64,000 bases of DNA from Octopus vulgaris (GCA_951406725.2 OX597816.1:165292001-165356000), one strand, 5' to 3'. Counted from the first letter of the stretch, positions 24,836-39,570 are shown. Program-made: numbers and translations. The notes: generated by a model not told the origin, from the letters alone.

Positions 24836-25312
24836 TTTATTTATTCATTGTTTTGAACTGTTAATTGTTCATACATTATCTTGTAGCTTGGAGATTTCGA
24901 TAATCTGATCGCTTACTTTCTAGAATGACATTGTAGGGTTGGTGTAAAAGGTCTTATCTGGTCAGCTTGAACATAAAATATACAAGCCAGATACGGCTAG
25001 TTTACATGGTAAATTGTCAAGTTAAGACCCCCTCCACCTTGTGGAGTGTGGGTAGATATCAGTGACAGTTGCACTCCTATAACAGGTGTACATGTGTATA
25101 TGCAATGATGTGCATGTCTTTTTCTAGGGATCCTGACACAGAGGATCTCTGGAATCATCATCATCATTTAACATCAGTCTTCTATGCTGGCAAGGGTTGG
25201 GTGGTGTGAGAGGAGCTGGCAAGCCAGAGGACTGCACCAAGTTTGACCGTCTGTTTTAGGATGGTTTTCACAGATGGTTTTCACAAGGCACCAGCACTGG
25301 TGAGGTTTATAT

Positions 25313-25780
25313 CACTTTCATTGCTGTATTTAGAGATGCTCTGTGTTTCTTTCAATTAATTCTAAATATAACAAAGAATTTAGTAAAATAACTTAGTTAT
25401 CATTAAGCTAGTGTTAGGAACATAAATTGTGACTAAGGTTTGGTGGAAGATTTATTTCAAAACTTATGAAAACAAGACATTTGTACTACAGAGCCAGAGG
25501 CAATTCCAGCCAGGTTGGTGTCAAAAGGTTAAGAATTGTTTCTCTATTATATATTTTAACCCTTTCATTACTATATTTCTGTTGAGATGCTCTGTGTTTG
25601 TTTCAATTAATTTTAAATATAACAAAGAATTTAGTAAAATAATTTAGTTATCATTAAGCTAGTGTTAGGAACATAGGTTGTGATTAAGGTTTGGTGGAAG
25701 ATTTTAATTCAAAACTTATGAAAACAAAACATTTGTAGTCAGAGGCAGAGCCGGTTTCAGCTGGGTTGGTAACAAAAAGG
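25313..25780 (+). mobile_element. Second P1 MITE dimer (more diverged)
   Basis: Two P1 copies joined by TTAA-GAATTGTTTCTCTATTATATATT-TTAA. Confidence 0.8.
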
Positions 25781-26876
25781 TTAAGTCATTATTAGAATAC
25801 TGAAATGTTTCAAAGCTACAAACATCTTAACATCTAAAACTTGATTTCTCTTGCAGGAAACCAACATTGTTCTGTCGCACAATGTACGTGACTACGACAA
25901 TGTCTACAGACCAAAGTAATGTTCTTTTGTTACCCGATCAAAACATTCTTTATTTTCCATGTATGCATTTACAACAGTTTTATGGGGTGGGGAGTTGTTG
26001 GGTGGGGCTGGGGTGTCATTAGAGAAAAAAAAATTAACATTTACCTATGACTTCTTTCTTATAAAATATTTGAAGGAAAACATCCTTTATTTCAAAGTTT
26101 CCAGCTACATGGTATGTGTGTGAGAGAGAGAGAGGGAGGGAGGGGGGAGAGAGAGAGAGAGAGAGAGAAGTGAGTGTGTATACTATATAACTACCAGACT
26201 ATTCATTTCAGTTTTGAATTACAAAAGCTGCTTTGAATTCAGTAGATAAAATTAAATAAGAATATTTCACCAATTATTATTATTATTATCAGAAAGAAAT
26301 ATAAAAAACATTGAAAGAAACTCTTTGTAGTACATAACAAAGATAACTTGTCACAAAACAATCAAAATTATAATGCTTCTCACTGTAAACAGCTAAACAA
26401 TAAGACTAACGGCCTCCCCACCCATCAGGCTTCAAGAGGGTCATTGAACCATACCACCACCACCATTTAATGTCTATCTTCTATGCTGGCATGGGTTGGA
26501 CAGTTTGACAGGATCCAATAAGCACCAGTGTTTGCTTTGGGATGGTTTCTTCAGTTGGATGACCTTCCTAACAGCAACCTCTTTAGTGTGTACTGGGTAC
26601 TTTCTTCACGGCACTAGCACTTGCGGAGATTGCCAAAAATCTCGCAAGAAAAAAAAAAGACTCCTCAACAGTAGTAAAGAAGAGATGGCTTTATGGAACC
26701 TAGGACTAATTTAAGTTTGACACCTGTTTTATCAGTATCTTTTTATCAAACTGCTCAGTTATTGGGACATAAACAAACCCACATAGGCTGTCAAGCAGTT
26801 GTGGAGGACAAACAACTAAACACATACATACACTGGACTTCCACATAGTTTCCATCTACCAAATTCATTCACAAGA

Positions 26877-27843
26877 CAATAGTCATCCTGGGACTATAGT
26901 AGCAGACATTTGATCAGGGCGCTGCTCATTGAGATTGAACCCAAAACCACATATCACAAAGTGAGCTTAACCACACAGCTATGCCTGCACCTATATCTGA
27001 GATTATATTATGAAATGTGTTCTCTCTTTTTTTTTCTTTAAGTTGGTGGAGTTTAATTTGAACGAGATCTTGTTATTTCTAGCAAGCTGAATGGCCATGT
27101 ATAGTCTCTCAGTATAGCTGAAGACCAACAAATTCTTCACTTTCTCTAAATCTACTCTTACAAATGCCAATGGCAACAAAGACATAGTTTATATGTTGGA
27201 ACATAGGGCAGCAACAGATTGCCAGCAGCAACTAAAGAATCGGGTTTCTTGTTCAAGAGCAACCACCACTAACTTCAATGGTTTCCTAATCGCCAGGAAT
27301 AACAGCTTTACTGCATGGCATATGTTTTTTCAAAGGAAAAAAAATACCTGAGAAGAAATAATAATAATAATAATAATATTTGCAAGAACAGAAAGAAACC
27401 TAGTTCCAAATGGCAGAAAAATAAACAGACAGCATAGTATTATATTATCACTTTAAAACTGGCATCAGTCAATATCTATTCCTGTAGAAGCCAATGATGG
27501 AACTTTTATGCAATAATGGTAGTTCAGCCTGTTACAAGTAGAAAAATTTTCTCTTAAATTACACTTTTTGATCTTAACCCTTAATAATAGTCATCCTGGG
27601 ACTATAGTAGCAGACATTTGCTCAGGGCACTGCACATTGAGATTGAACCCAAAATCACATATTACAAAGTGAGCTTAACCACACAGCCATGCCTGCACCT
27701 ATATCTGAGATTATATTATGATATGTGTTCTCTCTTTTTTTTTTTATTTTCTTTAAGTTGGTGAAGTTTGATTTGAACAAGATCTTGTTATTTCTAGCAA
27801 ACTGAATGGCCATGTATAGTCTCTCAGTATAGCTGAAGACCAA
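26877..27843 (+). repeat. Local direct duplication of about 255 bp (26877-27128 and 27586-27844)
   Basis: AATAGTCATCCTGGGACTATAGTAGCAGACATTTG...GTATAGCTGAAGACCAAC occurs twice and spans a SINE A head plus flanking sequence. Confidence 0.85.
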
Positions 27844-28131
27844 CTCACCTGAGACCCTCCGGGTTCTATGATACAAATCCTGTGTTTAAAGTGACATGAA
27901 TTAAAACTGTCCATTAAAATTACCTCTTAATTTAGGTTCCAAACACCAGCTTAGCAATAATGAAGTTATTCTGATAAAATTGTCATTAGTTGCAAAATTA
28001 AAGGAACCAAGTAACTGCAGCATTATTGTGACAGACTAACAAAAAAGGTTAAAGTGATCTAGTAGCCTTCCTTCAAAATTTCATAAAATGGGATCACAAC
28101 AGCTGGAAAGCTTTTGATCATAGGTTTAAAG

Positions 28132-28312
28132 CAGGGGTTTCTAACTAGTGGCTCCCAGCCCCCACCCTGGGCAGGACACACACAAAGTCTTGCTAGAAAT
28201 GGCTCGGGATATTAATTAAAATCTAAATCAAGCTGCTGCTAGTAAGGGTTTGTGTGGGTTCCAAGCTTTTGGATAAGGGGTCACAAGTATGCAAAAACGT
28301 TGAGCACAGCTG
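28132..28312. mobile_element. hAT (Charlie-like) MITE
   Basis: CAGGGGTTTCTAAC ... GTTGAGCACAGCTG ends with an 8-bp TSD GTTTAAAG / GTTTAAAA. Confidence 0.65.
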
Positions 28313-29791
28313 GTTTAAAAGAACAGGGATGACCTAAGGTTAAGAACCACCATTAGGCAACATTTCAAGCTGAACACTGACCATTCAAACTTCAAATTAA
28401 ATTATCTTTGTTAAGAAAGGCCTTAAAAATAAAGACCCTTTTTGGCCTTTCTGCTACCTTATGATTAAGAGTTTTAAATTCCTAATGTTTCTAGAAGAAT
28501 TTCAAAGATTCTTTATTGCCACCATCTTTAAAAACATGGTTTCAAAGTTTAGCACAAGGCCAGCAATTTTGGGGGAAGGGGTAAATCGATTACATTGACC
28601 TCAGTGCTCAACTGGTACTTGTTTTATCAACCCAGAGAGGATGAAAGGCAAAGGTGGCCTCAGTAGAATTTGAACTCAGAACGTAAAGGTAGATGAAATG
28701 CTGTTAAGCATTTTGCCCAGCGTGCTAATGATTCTGCCAGCTCACTGTCTTAAACAAAGAACTTATCAAGTGGAAGTTTGGTGAAGGAGGTAGTGGGGGG
28801 GCACCTAAATATGGCTGTCAATGGTTAATGGAATTTTTAGCCAGGCCTGGATGATATCAATCAAGCTGAAATGTCCTCAGACAGGGTGAGTGTTTATTCA
28901 TTTGGAGTTCTACTTCAATGTCATCCACTTTACGAATGGTGGTGATGGAAATGGTTGAGGGAGGAAGGAGGAATTTCTGTTGGAAGTAATGAAGTGTTTC
29001 CAACCAAACATAGCATGAAGAATGTGAAGGGATTAAAAACTGTGATCCAATCAGTTATTAGTTGCCAAATATAGAGTCTAAAATTTGTAAAATTACAAAA
29101 AACCGAATGCTTAAGAACTGAGAATGACAGAATAATAAAATAATGTCACAGAATTCTGTGTATGAGAGAGAGAGAGATAAAGATATGATAATAGAGTGTG
29201 CATTGCAGAATAAAAACATAACAGCAGTGAAGAGTAAACATCAGACATCAGAGTTTTCTTGTGTTAGTCTTAAATCATTGCTAATTACACAGGAATTTTT
29301 ATGACTTCCGAAAAAGAAAATACCAAACTCAAGCTGATGCTATTTAAGAGAGCTTTTAAATTTAATGTAACGATATTTAGATTTCAATCAAAAAAAAAAA
29401 AAATTTGACCTTGAACTAATTCATATTCTTTTTATTTTGTTTTCTTTTTCTATAACTATTGAAATATTTTAGTTTTTGATTTGTTAAACAAAATAGTATC
29501 CTTCATTCATATTTGAATGTTTGCTTTTCAGTACTGGATGAATGATAAAAATAGATTTTTAAAAGATAAATCTTGCCCCAGGTAGGAAATATGTCAACAA
29601 AGGGGAGAGAATTTCTTCTCAAATAAATATGAAGATCCTGTATATTTAATTCTTAATTTAACCCTTTAGCATTCACATTGTGCTGTCAAATGTAATGCTT
29701 ATTTATTCACATTTGTTTGAATTAAGTCACGCAGTTAATTTTTAGAATGACACGTCAATGCTGAATCTTCCTGAGAACTACGTTAGGGGCA

Positions 29792-30027
29792 TACCTATTT
29801 CTTTACTACCCACAAGGAGCTAAATACGGAGGGGACAAACAAGGACAGACAAATGGATTAAGTAGATTATATTGACCCCAGTGCGTAACTGGTACTTATT
29901 TAATCGACCCCGAAAGGATGAAAGGCTAAGTCGACCTTGGCGGAATTGAACTCACAACATAACAGCAGACGAAATACCACTAAGCATTTCGCCCGGCGCG
30001 CTAACGTTTCTGCCAGCTCACCGCCTT
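29792..30027 (-). mobile_element. SINE family B, inserted in another SINE
   Basis: Full head and body; TTAGGGGCATACCT appears on both sides (29783-29796 and about 30026-30039), consistent with a TSD. Confidence 0.75.
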
Positions 30028-31908
30028 AGGGGCATACCTGTCAGTGGAGTGCTCAGCCACTTGCATGTTAATTTCACGAGCAGGCTATTCAGATGATCAG
30101 ATCAACAGGAACTCACATTGGACTCCCAGTTATCAAGAAACTCCAGTCATTATCTTACAGTTGTACTGTTAACATCTTTCTACAAATAATCTCTGCTTCC
30201 TGAAGTAACAACTAGTTCCATACCATCTTCATCCTGGCTAACCTTTCATCTCTCTACGTTTAATTATGCCTGATGGTCTCATCTCCCAGGTCCCATACTA
30301 AACACTCCATCCAGGTCTTTCTGCACAAAGCAGAAATCCTATAGAAGTCCTTCTCAACCCACATTTTTTTTCCTGCATACATAGTTTTTTGGACCAGCAA
30401 ACTGTGGTCCTCTATGATTAGGATAGGTGGGGGGAGAAGCACAGACACACACAATGGGCTTCTTTCAGTTTCCATCAACCAAATCCACTCACAAGGCTCT
30501 GGTCGACTGGAGGCTATAGTAGAAGACACTTACCCAAAGTGCCACGCAGTGGGACTGAACCCAGAACCATGTGGTTGATAAGCAAACTACTTACTACACA
30601 GCCATGAATTTTATATATGCAAATATATTTGTATGTAAGAGTGTCCTTGGCTTGACACTGGTGATAGCTGTAAATGATTGTCAGTCATACAAGCATTGGC
30701 TACAGTGAAGGAATATCATTATGAGAGTATTTTTCAAAAGGAGATAATCTGAGAATAGAGTGGAGTGAACAATGTAATTGCAGAGTACTGAAAGCACAAG
30801 TGCTGCTGGGCAGGATGTGTTGCAAAGTTCACAGACAGCAGGTGGACCCATGCAGTTGTTGAGAGTGGCATCCAAGAGATTAGAAAAGGCCACTCGGAAG
30901 GCCCCCATAATGATGGGAAGACGATCAAGTTAAGCAATTTGGATGAAGATCGAAGCGAATGGCACAAACAAAACAGAAAAGGAAGTGCACTGTGATCAGC
31001 AGTGTATAACATCCGATGGTCTGGTTGATACTGTGACATAGATAAAGCAGGGGGGGGTGTGTGTGATTAAAAAGCTTGCTACCCAAGCACATGGTTTTAG
31101 ATTCAGTTCCACTGTGTGGTACCTTGGGCAAGTGTCTTCTACTATAGCCCCAGGTTAATCAAAGTCTTATTCACTTATTTGTTTCAGTCATTTGACTGTG
31201 GCCATGCTGGAACACTGCCTTTAGTCGAACAAATCGACTCCAGGACTTATTCTTTGTCAGCCTAGTACTTACTCTATCTGTCTCCCTTTGCTGAAGACAC
31301 TTGCCCAAGGTGCCATGCAGTGAGACCGAACCCAGGACCACATGGTTGGGAAGCAAGCTTCTTACCAACAGCACCTCATGTAAAATCATGTAAAATAAAT
31401 CTATACACAAATATGGATGTTGGAATGTACAACCTTTTATACCAAGAAGATGAATATTACAGAAGAATTACGTTCCTAAAACTAATTAATGATAAAAATG
31501 TAATGAAAGTATTAATTGAATAATGAAAAATGAGATTGCTTTTTTTTTTTTTATTCAATATATGCAAATATGAATTTCTTAATTACCTGCATGAATAACA
31601 TTTATTTTCAAATGCAACAAATAAGCAAAAAGAATACATTGAGTCGAAAACAACCTAAAGAGATACCTAATTAAAATTTGATGAAGATTTGACATATTTA
31701 TAGCATTATTTTGACTAAGAAGTAATTACTTTAGTTCATAACAACCTGACGGATGTGTTTACACACACACAATATCACATGCATATACACTGTATTACAC
31801 ACATATATTCATATGTTATAACTTAGTTATACAATTCTTCAGTTCCGTCTATACATTTCCCTCTCTTTTGCTCATTCGGTCACTAAACAATACTGTTTGT
31901 CTACTTAC

Positions 31909-32009
31909 TGCAGTTTGAGCTGTGATGTGTGTACAACCAATAATTTTAGCCCCTTGGAGAGGTTTATCAGCAGCAGCTCTCTTTTTAAGGGCCATTAATC
32001 CGGGCATTT
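31909..32009 (-). CDS. AHCYL1: AHCY-like coding exon B
   Basis: tttcag|AAATGCCC...ACTGCA|gtaagt; 101 nt, phase 1 start completes Glu with exon A; (E)MPGLMALKKRAAADKPLQGAKIIGCTHITAQTA. The CTHITAQTA motif is AHCYL-type. Confidence 0.96.
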
Positions 32010-34586
32010 CTGAAATAGCAAATGATAAAGAAAAAAATGCGATCAATTAAGTGAAACCAGAACAGTAATTAGAGATAAGGAGAAACAAAACAAAACTAAG
32101 ATATAATGGAATACAAGCAAAAAAAAAAATAAAATGAAAATTTAATCCTTCAAGCATTTAAACAGGCTATGTTCAGCCAAAATATACTGCTACTGTTAAT
32201 GTGGAATCCATTACAACAAGTTGGATGGTCAGGTTGTAGGCAATTAAACCGGCACCCCCACTGAGGCGGCCCGGTGAGGAAGGTTGCTAGAGACTTAGTA
32301 GGACTAAATTTAAGACCTGTGAAAATTAGGGATGAACTTAGTGTAGGCTCAACTATCATGGGCCCTCAGAAATTCTGGGTTGTTGTGTGGCATACTGGAA
32401 GACTACTGGAAATGAAGCACCTCCTAACTTATGTTAACTTTTACATTACTGTATTTATTTTGAGATGTTCTGAGTTTCTTTCAATTACTTTAAATATAAA
32501 AAAGAGTTTAGTAAAATAACTTAGTTATCATTCAACCAAATCAGACAATGGAACCTGGTGCAGCTCCAGGTTTTGCCAGTGGCTGTCAGACTGTCCAACT
32601 CATACCAGCATGTAGAGCAGAACGAACAAATGAAATGCCTGAAATACCATTGAAAATCAATTGTTTTCTATTCTTCCCATTTTGTAATTCTCTAAAATCC
32701 TATCAAGCTGTAACTTGCAATTTAATCTCAAGCATAGATGCACTCTCATACTAAATAGATAGGATGTGACAACTAGAGAGAGGGAGAGAGAGAGACATTA
32801 TATAGGGACTCCTTTTTAGGCAAGTAGACCAGAGCAACATGAAACAACGTACCTTGTACATAAGGACAAACGTCCTACATGGTTCAGGAATTGAACTTGT
32901 GAATATATGACATTGAGCCCAACGTATATACATATGTGTATGTGTGTGTATATATATATAGTTCTCCAAATTTAGTGCCAAATATACATTATTTGAGCCA
33001 CAAGTGTCAATGTCAGCCACTTGTTTAAAGAGGGCCCCATCAACCATGTAGTTTGAGTGGCAGTTATTTACAAAGCCATTAACTTAAGCAAATGAAAATT
33101 CATTTATTGCCTTCCCCAGTGGCTGTGGTTTTGTCAGAATTCACAAGTTTCAGCTCAACAGTCAAACACTTTAAATATACAGCGATTAGAGATATATGAA
33201 TAGATATGAAATGAAATGAAGTGTTGAAACAATGTCAGCAAGCTAAGGATCAAACAGACACGCTGCAACCCTTTTAAAACTAACAATATTCAGGTGTGGC
33301 TGCCTATTAACCCAGCCTATTAAAGACCTGCGAGTGGATTTGGTAGATAGTAACTAAAAAGGGTAGCTGGTCCTACACAGGCCTTCACCACTGAAAATAA
33401 TTATCTGGCTGTCAGATACTCAGATGCTGCAGCTAATGGTTAAATGAATGAATGTACTTATAAACTAGTGGCACCATCATAAAAGTGGTCTCTAATCTTC
33501 CACGATAAAATGTCCAGCTTATTGATTTTATCACAAAACCTGTAGTTTTGAGGGAATGATGGAAAGGGTGTTAGTATATAGCATCGACCCCAATATTTGA
33601 TTGGTACTTTATTTTAGCAACTCCAAGCAGGATTTGAACTCAAAATGCAATGTGAAGTGTCAGAGCAAACAATGCAAAGTAATTTTTCTGACACACAAAA
33701 GATTCTGATACCCTGTTGCTGCCAAAAGAACAAATAATTCCAAGAGAGGATTGAACTCAAAACTTCTAAGTTGATAGTCCAATACTTCAGCCATCATCAT
33801 CATCATTTAACATCTGCTTTCCATGCATTGGATGGTGTAACTGAAAACTGGTAACCTGCACCAAGTTCCAATCTGATTTTGCAAGGTTTCTATAGTTAGA
33901 TGCCCTTCCTGATGCCAACCGCTCAGAGTACAGTGCGTGCTTTAGCATGCCACTGGCACGAGTGCCATTGACTTGACACCAGCATTGGCCATAACTACGG
34001 TTTTACTTGGCTTGACAGGTCTACACAAGCATGGCATATTGCCAAACGCCTTGGTCACCTGTCACTGCCTCCGTAAGGCCCAACACTCAAACGGCGCTTT
34101 TTACGTGCCACCAGAACAGGTGCCAGTCAGATGGCACTGGCATCGGCCACGACTACGATTTCACTTGGTTCAACAGTTCTAATGGACATTTAAATAAAAC
34201 CAAATAGCTGATTTGATTACTGATGTGAGGAAGATATTGAAAGCCAGATAAAATGTCTCCTCCGTAAACAAGCACAAATAGAAAAAAAGAAAAATTCGAC
34301 AGCAATCAATCAATTTAAGGAAAAATACAATATTTCCTCAAAGCATTCTGTAAATCGGATTGTACAAAGGAAGCATTAAAATTGATTTTTTTTTTTTCGT
34401 TTTTAATAGATGCATTAAGTTAATGGGGGAAACTTCACAATGTAAAATGTGTCAATGTTTACACTGCTAGCAATAAGAGCAGGGTACACTGAAACAGTTA
34501 CAAGGCAAACAGGTTGTATTCATCTAAAAAGCTTTATAGTAAAGTGACACCAGGACACAAAATGAATGTTAATAATAGTAATAATA

Positions 34587-35072
34587 ATGATTTCAAATTT
34601 TAGCACAAGACCAGCAATTTTGGATGGTAGGGGGGGGGGGGGGGAGTCAAGTCAATTATATTGACCCCAGTGCTAAACTGGTACTGATTTTATTGACCAT
34701 GAAAGGGTGAAAGGTAAAGTCAACCTCGGCAGAATTTGAACTCATAATGTAGCGACAGGAGAAATATTGCTAAGCATTTCACCCGGCGTGCTATCAATTC
34801 TGCCAGCTTGCTACCATAATAATAATGGTAATAATAATAAATAATCCTTTCTTCCAAAGGCACAAGGCCTGAAATTTGGGAGTGGAGGAGGAGGTGGGGA
34901 GAGACTAGCCGATTACATTGACCCCAGTGTTTCACTGGTACTTAATTTATCAACCCTGAAAGAATGAAAGGCAAAGTCGACTTCAATGGAATTTGAACTC
35001 AGAACACGAAGATGGACGAAATGCCGCTAAGCATTTTGCTCAGCATGCTAACAATTCTACCAGCTTGCCGCC

Positions 35073-35104
<32 letters not shown>

Positions 35105-35480
35105 GGACAAGGCCTCAAATTTGGGGGAAGGGATTAGGTTGATTACATCAACTCCAGTGCTCAACTGGTACTTATTTTATTGACCATGAAAGGATGAAAG
35201 GTAAAGTCAACCTTGGCAGAATTTGAACTCAGAATGTAGTGACAGGTGGAATGTAGCTAAGCATTTTGTCCAGCATGCTAATGACTCAGCCAGCTTGCCA
35301 CCTTAACAATAATAATAATAGTCCTCTCTGAAATTTTGGGGGGCAGTTGATTACACTGATCGCACTACTTGACTGAGACTTAAGACAAAGTTGACCTCAG
35401 TGGAATTTGAGCTCAGAGTCTAAAGAGCAAAAAGATCTGCTGCTAAGCAATTTGTCTGATGTGCTAACAATTTTGCCAGC
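34587..35480 (-). mobile_element. Four tandem SINE B copies separated by (AAT)n
   Basis: Repeated ACAAGGCC..AATTT...GACCCCAGTG...GAAAGGCAAAGTC...ATTCTGCCAGC units. Confidence 0.8.
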
Positions 35481-36464
35481 AGGAATTGCTTTCTGTAACT
35501 TCTCAGTTGTAAAATAAATATTTCATTATTAGTGAAGAGAACAAAATAGAACTGACAAAAAAAAATTAATATAAAGAAAGAAAAAAAAAACAAAGCAAAG
35601 TCTGACAGAAGATTACCTTCTTGTGAAGAATCGCCAAGATATTTGGATGAGACAGAAATGGATATGAGGAATTAATCCTCTCCTTCCACAAAGAGTAATT
35701 TTATACTAATTTAAAGGCTTCTTACAAAAGCAGAGAGGTAATTAGATAAAATTTATCCTAAGGTATTTCAAATGTAGAATTTCTATGCATCAATTTGCTA
35801 TAAAGTTCCAGTTAGAAAGAGGGGAAAAAAATAAATGTAAAAATAATAACCATTAACCACATTAGAAGATAATATATTTCTCAATTTGTAACAAGTTCAC
35901 CCTTCGACGACCTCTATTACTTACAAATGGTCATAAATTTTCCATTTATTTGTAACTAATTTTGCTATCTGAGATTTCAACTGATGAGATGTGTGATATT
36001 AAATAAAGATCAAATTTTTGCGATCAGTGCATCAGGTAAGACATGAAAATGAAGAACCCTCACCACCACCACTGTTCAACATCAGTTTTCCATGCTGGTA
36101 TGGGTCAGATGGTCTGACAGGACCTGGTAAGTCACAGGGTCACATCAAATTCCAGCATCAATTTTGGCATGGTTTCGGTGGCTGGATGCTCTTCCTAATC
36201 TCACCTCTTTACAGTGAGCACTGGGTGCATTTTCTCCATGCCACTGGCGCTAGTGAGGTCACCAAGTTATTAGTAAGATGAGAAAATAAAAACAAGAAAA
36301 AGGAAAACAGGAAAAACAGACGATACCGAATGAAAAAAATACCAAATAAATTTCATTAGTTTTCAACATCAAAAACTCCTTTTAGTTATCATCATGATAT
36401 TAAATAGCATTAGTTTTGAAATACATTTTACTATACCAACATAGAACAGTATACATGCCCCAAC

Positions 36465-37255
36465 ACATATTTCATACTAGTATGAAAAATGTGTTGGGAC
36501 ACATATAGTAAAGCTATAGTTGAAACAGTAACTGTCATTATAACACTACTGAAAGTGTCAATGAATATTTCATGACTACTATTGTACATAACACATTTCA
36601 TGGATTTATATTCCACATACAGTAACTATAGCACTTCAGCAAATATTTCATAGAACAATAACTGTAGTACTATCATACATAACATATTCTATACTTCATA
36701 TTCAGTAAATGTAGCACTCGGGCACATTTTGCAACACATATTTCATAGTTAGAACAATAACTGTAGTACTATCATACATAACATATTCCATATTGTATAT
36801 TCAGTAACAATAGCACTCCATACATAACATATTTCATGAATACTATCGTACATAATACATTTCATGGTTTTGTATTCCACTTACAGTAACTATAGCACTT
36901 TGCATATTTTTCAACAAATATTTCATAGAACAATAACTGTAATGCTATCATACATAACATATTCCTTACTTTATATTCGGTAACTATAGCACATTTTGCA
37001 ACACATATTTCATAGAACAATAACATGTATTTCATAGTTTAACATTTCATAGTCAGCAACTACAGCACTATTGTCCGTGTCTGCACACATTTCATGGATG
37101 GAACAACTATAGCTCTATAGAACATACCAACATATATTTAATGATTGGAATACTGAGTACATCACTATAGTAGATTCTCTATACATATTTCATAGCTGAA
37201 ATAGTAACTATAGTACTCTTATACATGTTTCAACACATATTTCATGGTTGGAACA
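36465..37255. repeat. Degenerate AT-rich minisatellite
   Basis: Recurrent motifs ACATATTTCATAG, AACAATAACTGTAGTACTATCATACATAACATATTC and CAGTAACTATAGCACT. Confidence 0.8.
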
Positions 37256-38375
37256 GCCAGGGAATGGTATTATCTTTTATCTTTTACTTGTTACAATCAT
37301 TAGACTGTGGCAATGCTGGGGCACCTCCTTGAAGAATTTTATTTGAATGAATTGATTCCAGTACTTATTTTTTAAAGTCCGGTAGTACTTCTATTGGTTT
37401 CTCCCTCTGAATTGCTACATTATGGGGATGTAAACAAACCAAAACTGGTTCTCAAGCAGTGGCGGGGGACAAACACATACACACACATGATGGGCTTCTT
37501 TCAATTTTCATCTACCCAAATCAACTCACAAGTCTCTGGTTGGCTAAAGGCTATAGAAAACACTTGTCTAAGGTGCCATGCAATGGGACTGAACCCAGAA
37601 CTGTGTGGCTGGGAAGCAAACATTTTATCACACAGCCGCTCTACAGTTCTCAACACACATTTCACATGGCATGGTTAGAACCTTCAGTAAATACAGCATA
37701 ATTCTATGTGTCTTAATGCATCCTTTTCATATTTGTTCAGTACATTTCATATGACTGTTGGTTGGTTTCCTATGGCTGAAAGCTATTTTATGTTCCAATG
37801 CCATAATGTGATGTGACTGGCACTGTTTACCATTACATCAACAGGAAAAAAAATGTGTCTGTCTTCTTAGAGGTTTTTCTAATCTATGTCAGTTTACTTT
37901 GCCAAGAACAAAAATGATAACAGTTTCTCTGTATCTACCTTAGCATTAAACTTGACCTGAGAGGGGAGTTCTTTTCCTGTCAGAGTACAGGCAGGTGGGG
38001 GACAGAGTAAGGGAAAACAGAATACCTCTAAGATTATCACAAATTCATTTCCACTTTATCTCCATAAAATTCCTTATTTTGAACCCCCAAGCAAGTTGGT
38101 GATATACAAGGAACTTGGCTACTGTAAACATATTTCAGACTAACAGTCAAATTATTGTACAGTAAGATGTAAGGCCATAAAAATGCCAAAATAAGACTTT
38201 AATTCTGATTGGAGCCCAAATTGAAAGCAAACAGGGAAAAAAAAAGTTTAACACTTTTGTAACCATATTACCTTTCTTTCAATCAATTTTCAAAATAATG
38301 AAGAATTTTTAAAAAAACAGCGATAATCAAGCTAGCATTTAAAGCATAAAATGGCATGAAATTTTGAGGGAATAC

Positions 38376-38768
38376 TCTTTACTCTTTTACTTGTTTCAGT
38401 CATTTGACTGTGGTCATGCTGGAGCACTGCCTTTAGTTGAGCAAATCGACCCCAGGACTTATTCTTTGTAAGCCTAGTATTTATATTATCGGTCTCTTTT
38501 GCCAAACCGCTAAGTTACGGGGATGTAAACATATCAGCATCGGTTGTCAAGTGATGTTGGGGGGACGAATACAGACACAGAAACATACACACATATATAT
38601 ACATATATACGATGAGTTTCTTTCAGTTTCTGTTTACCAAATCCACTCACAAGGCTTTGGTCGGCCCGAGGCTATAGTAGAACACAGTTGCCCAAGATGC
38701 CATGCAGTGGAACTGAACCTGGAACCATTTGGTTGGTAAGCAAGCTACTTCCCACACAGCCATTCCTA
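38376..38768 (-). mobile_element. SINE family A, near full length
   Basis: Reverse complement of the 48214-48620 family. Confidence 0.8.
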
Positions 38769-39349
38769 TGTTTTAACTTAGATTATTTTAACCCTTTAGT
38801 TACCATATTTCTGTTGAAACCCCCAGCCTCTGTTTCAATTAATTTTGAAAATAACGAGGAATTTAGTAAAATAATTATCATTATTAAATTAGTGTTTGAA
38901 ATATAAATTTACATGAAATTTTAATAGATTCCAATTTAGATCGCTTTAAAACAGGAAGTATGATTCATAGAACCAACCAGACAGTCCCCAGTTGGTTAGT
39001 ATCAAGAGAATTAATGTAGTTCAGATGAAGAAATGTATATGGTCTGTTGGATGAGATGGATAATGAAATGCGTTGTTTGATCTGTTGGATGGTAGAGATG
39101 ATACATGTAAGAAATAGATATCATATACTGAATGGTATGAATGTTGAAGAAATAAAGTCTGTTGAATGGTGTGATAATGAAGAAATGTATATCATGTATT
39201 GAACAGTATGAATATTTAAGAAAAATGCAAAACCTGTTGGATGGTAAGAATGATGAAAAAATGTGAGTGGCCTGTGGGATGGTTTGGCAATTTGTCATCT
39301 GGTAAGAATCAGAAACACTAATTCTCTAAGTTGAGGAAAATATATTAAA

Positions 39350-39570
39350 CCCTTTCATTACCATCCCGGCTGAAACTGGCTCTGGCTCTTTAGTATAAAT
39401 GTCTTGTTTTTATAAGTTTTGAATTAAAATCTTCCACCAAACCTTAGTGACAATTTATATTCCTAACACTAGCTTAATGATAACTAAGTTATTTTATTAA
39501 ATTCTTTGTTATATTTAAAGTAATTGAAAGAAATACAGAGCATCTCAAAATAAATACAGTAACAAAAGGG
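39350..39570 (-). mobile_element. piggyBac-type MITE P1, single copy
   Basis: CCCTTTCATTAC...GTAACAAAAGGG-TTAA. Confidence 0.75.

Noticed and set aside
34629-34644. Poly-G runs (also 11848-11861) as functional G-quadruplexes
   Set aside because: Homopolymer expansions, here inside a SINE tail; they read as poly-C on the transcribed strand.
34587-35480. SINE B mobilised by the Dong-like LINE because of shared TAA flanks
   Set aside because: In sense orientation SINE B has (ATT)n tails, opposite to the (AAT)n sense of the Dong-like fragment, and no shared 3' end is visible.
35617-35700. Possible extra or alternative first exon ending AAG|GTAATC on the minus strand
   Set aside because: The donor looks plausible, but the frame compatible with exon B has an upstream stop, there is no clear acceptor and no AHCYL similarity. 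It needs RNA evidence.
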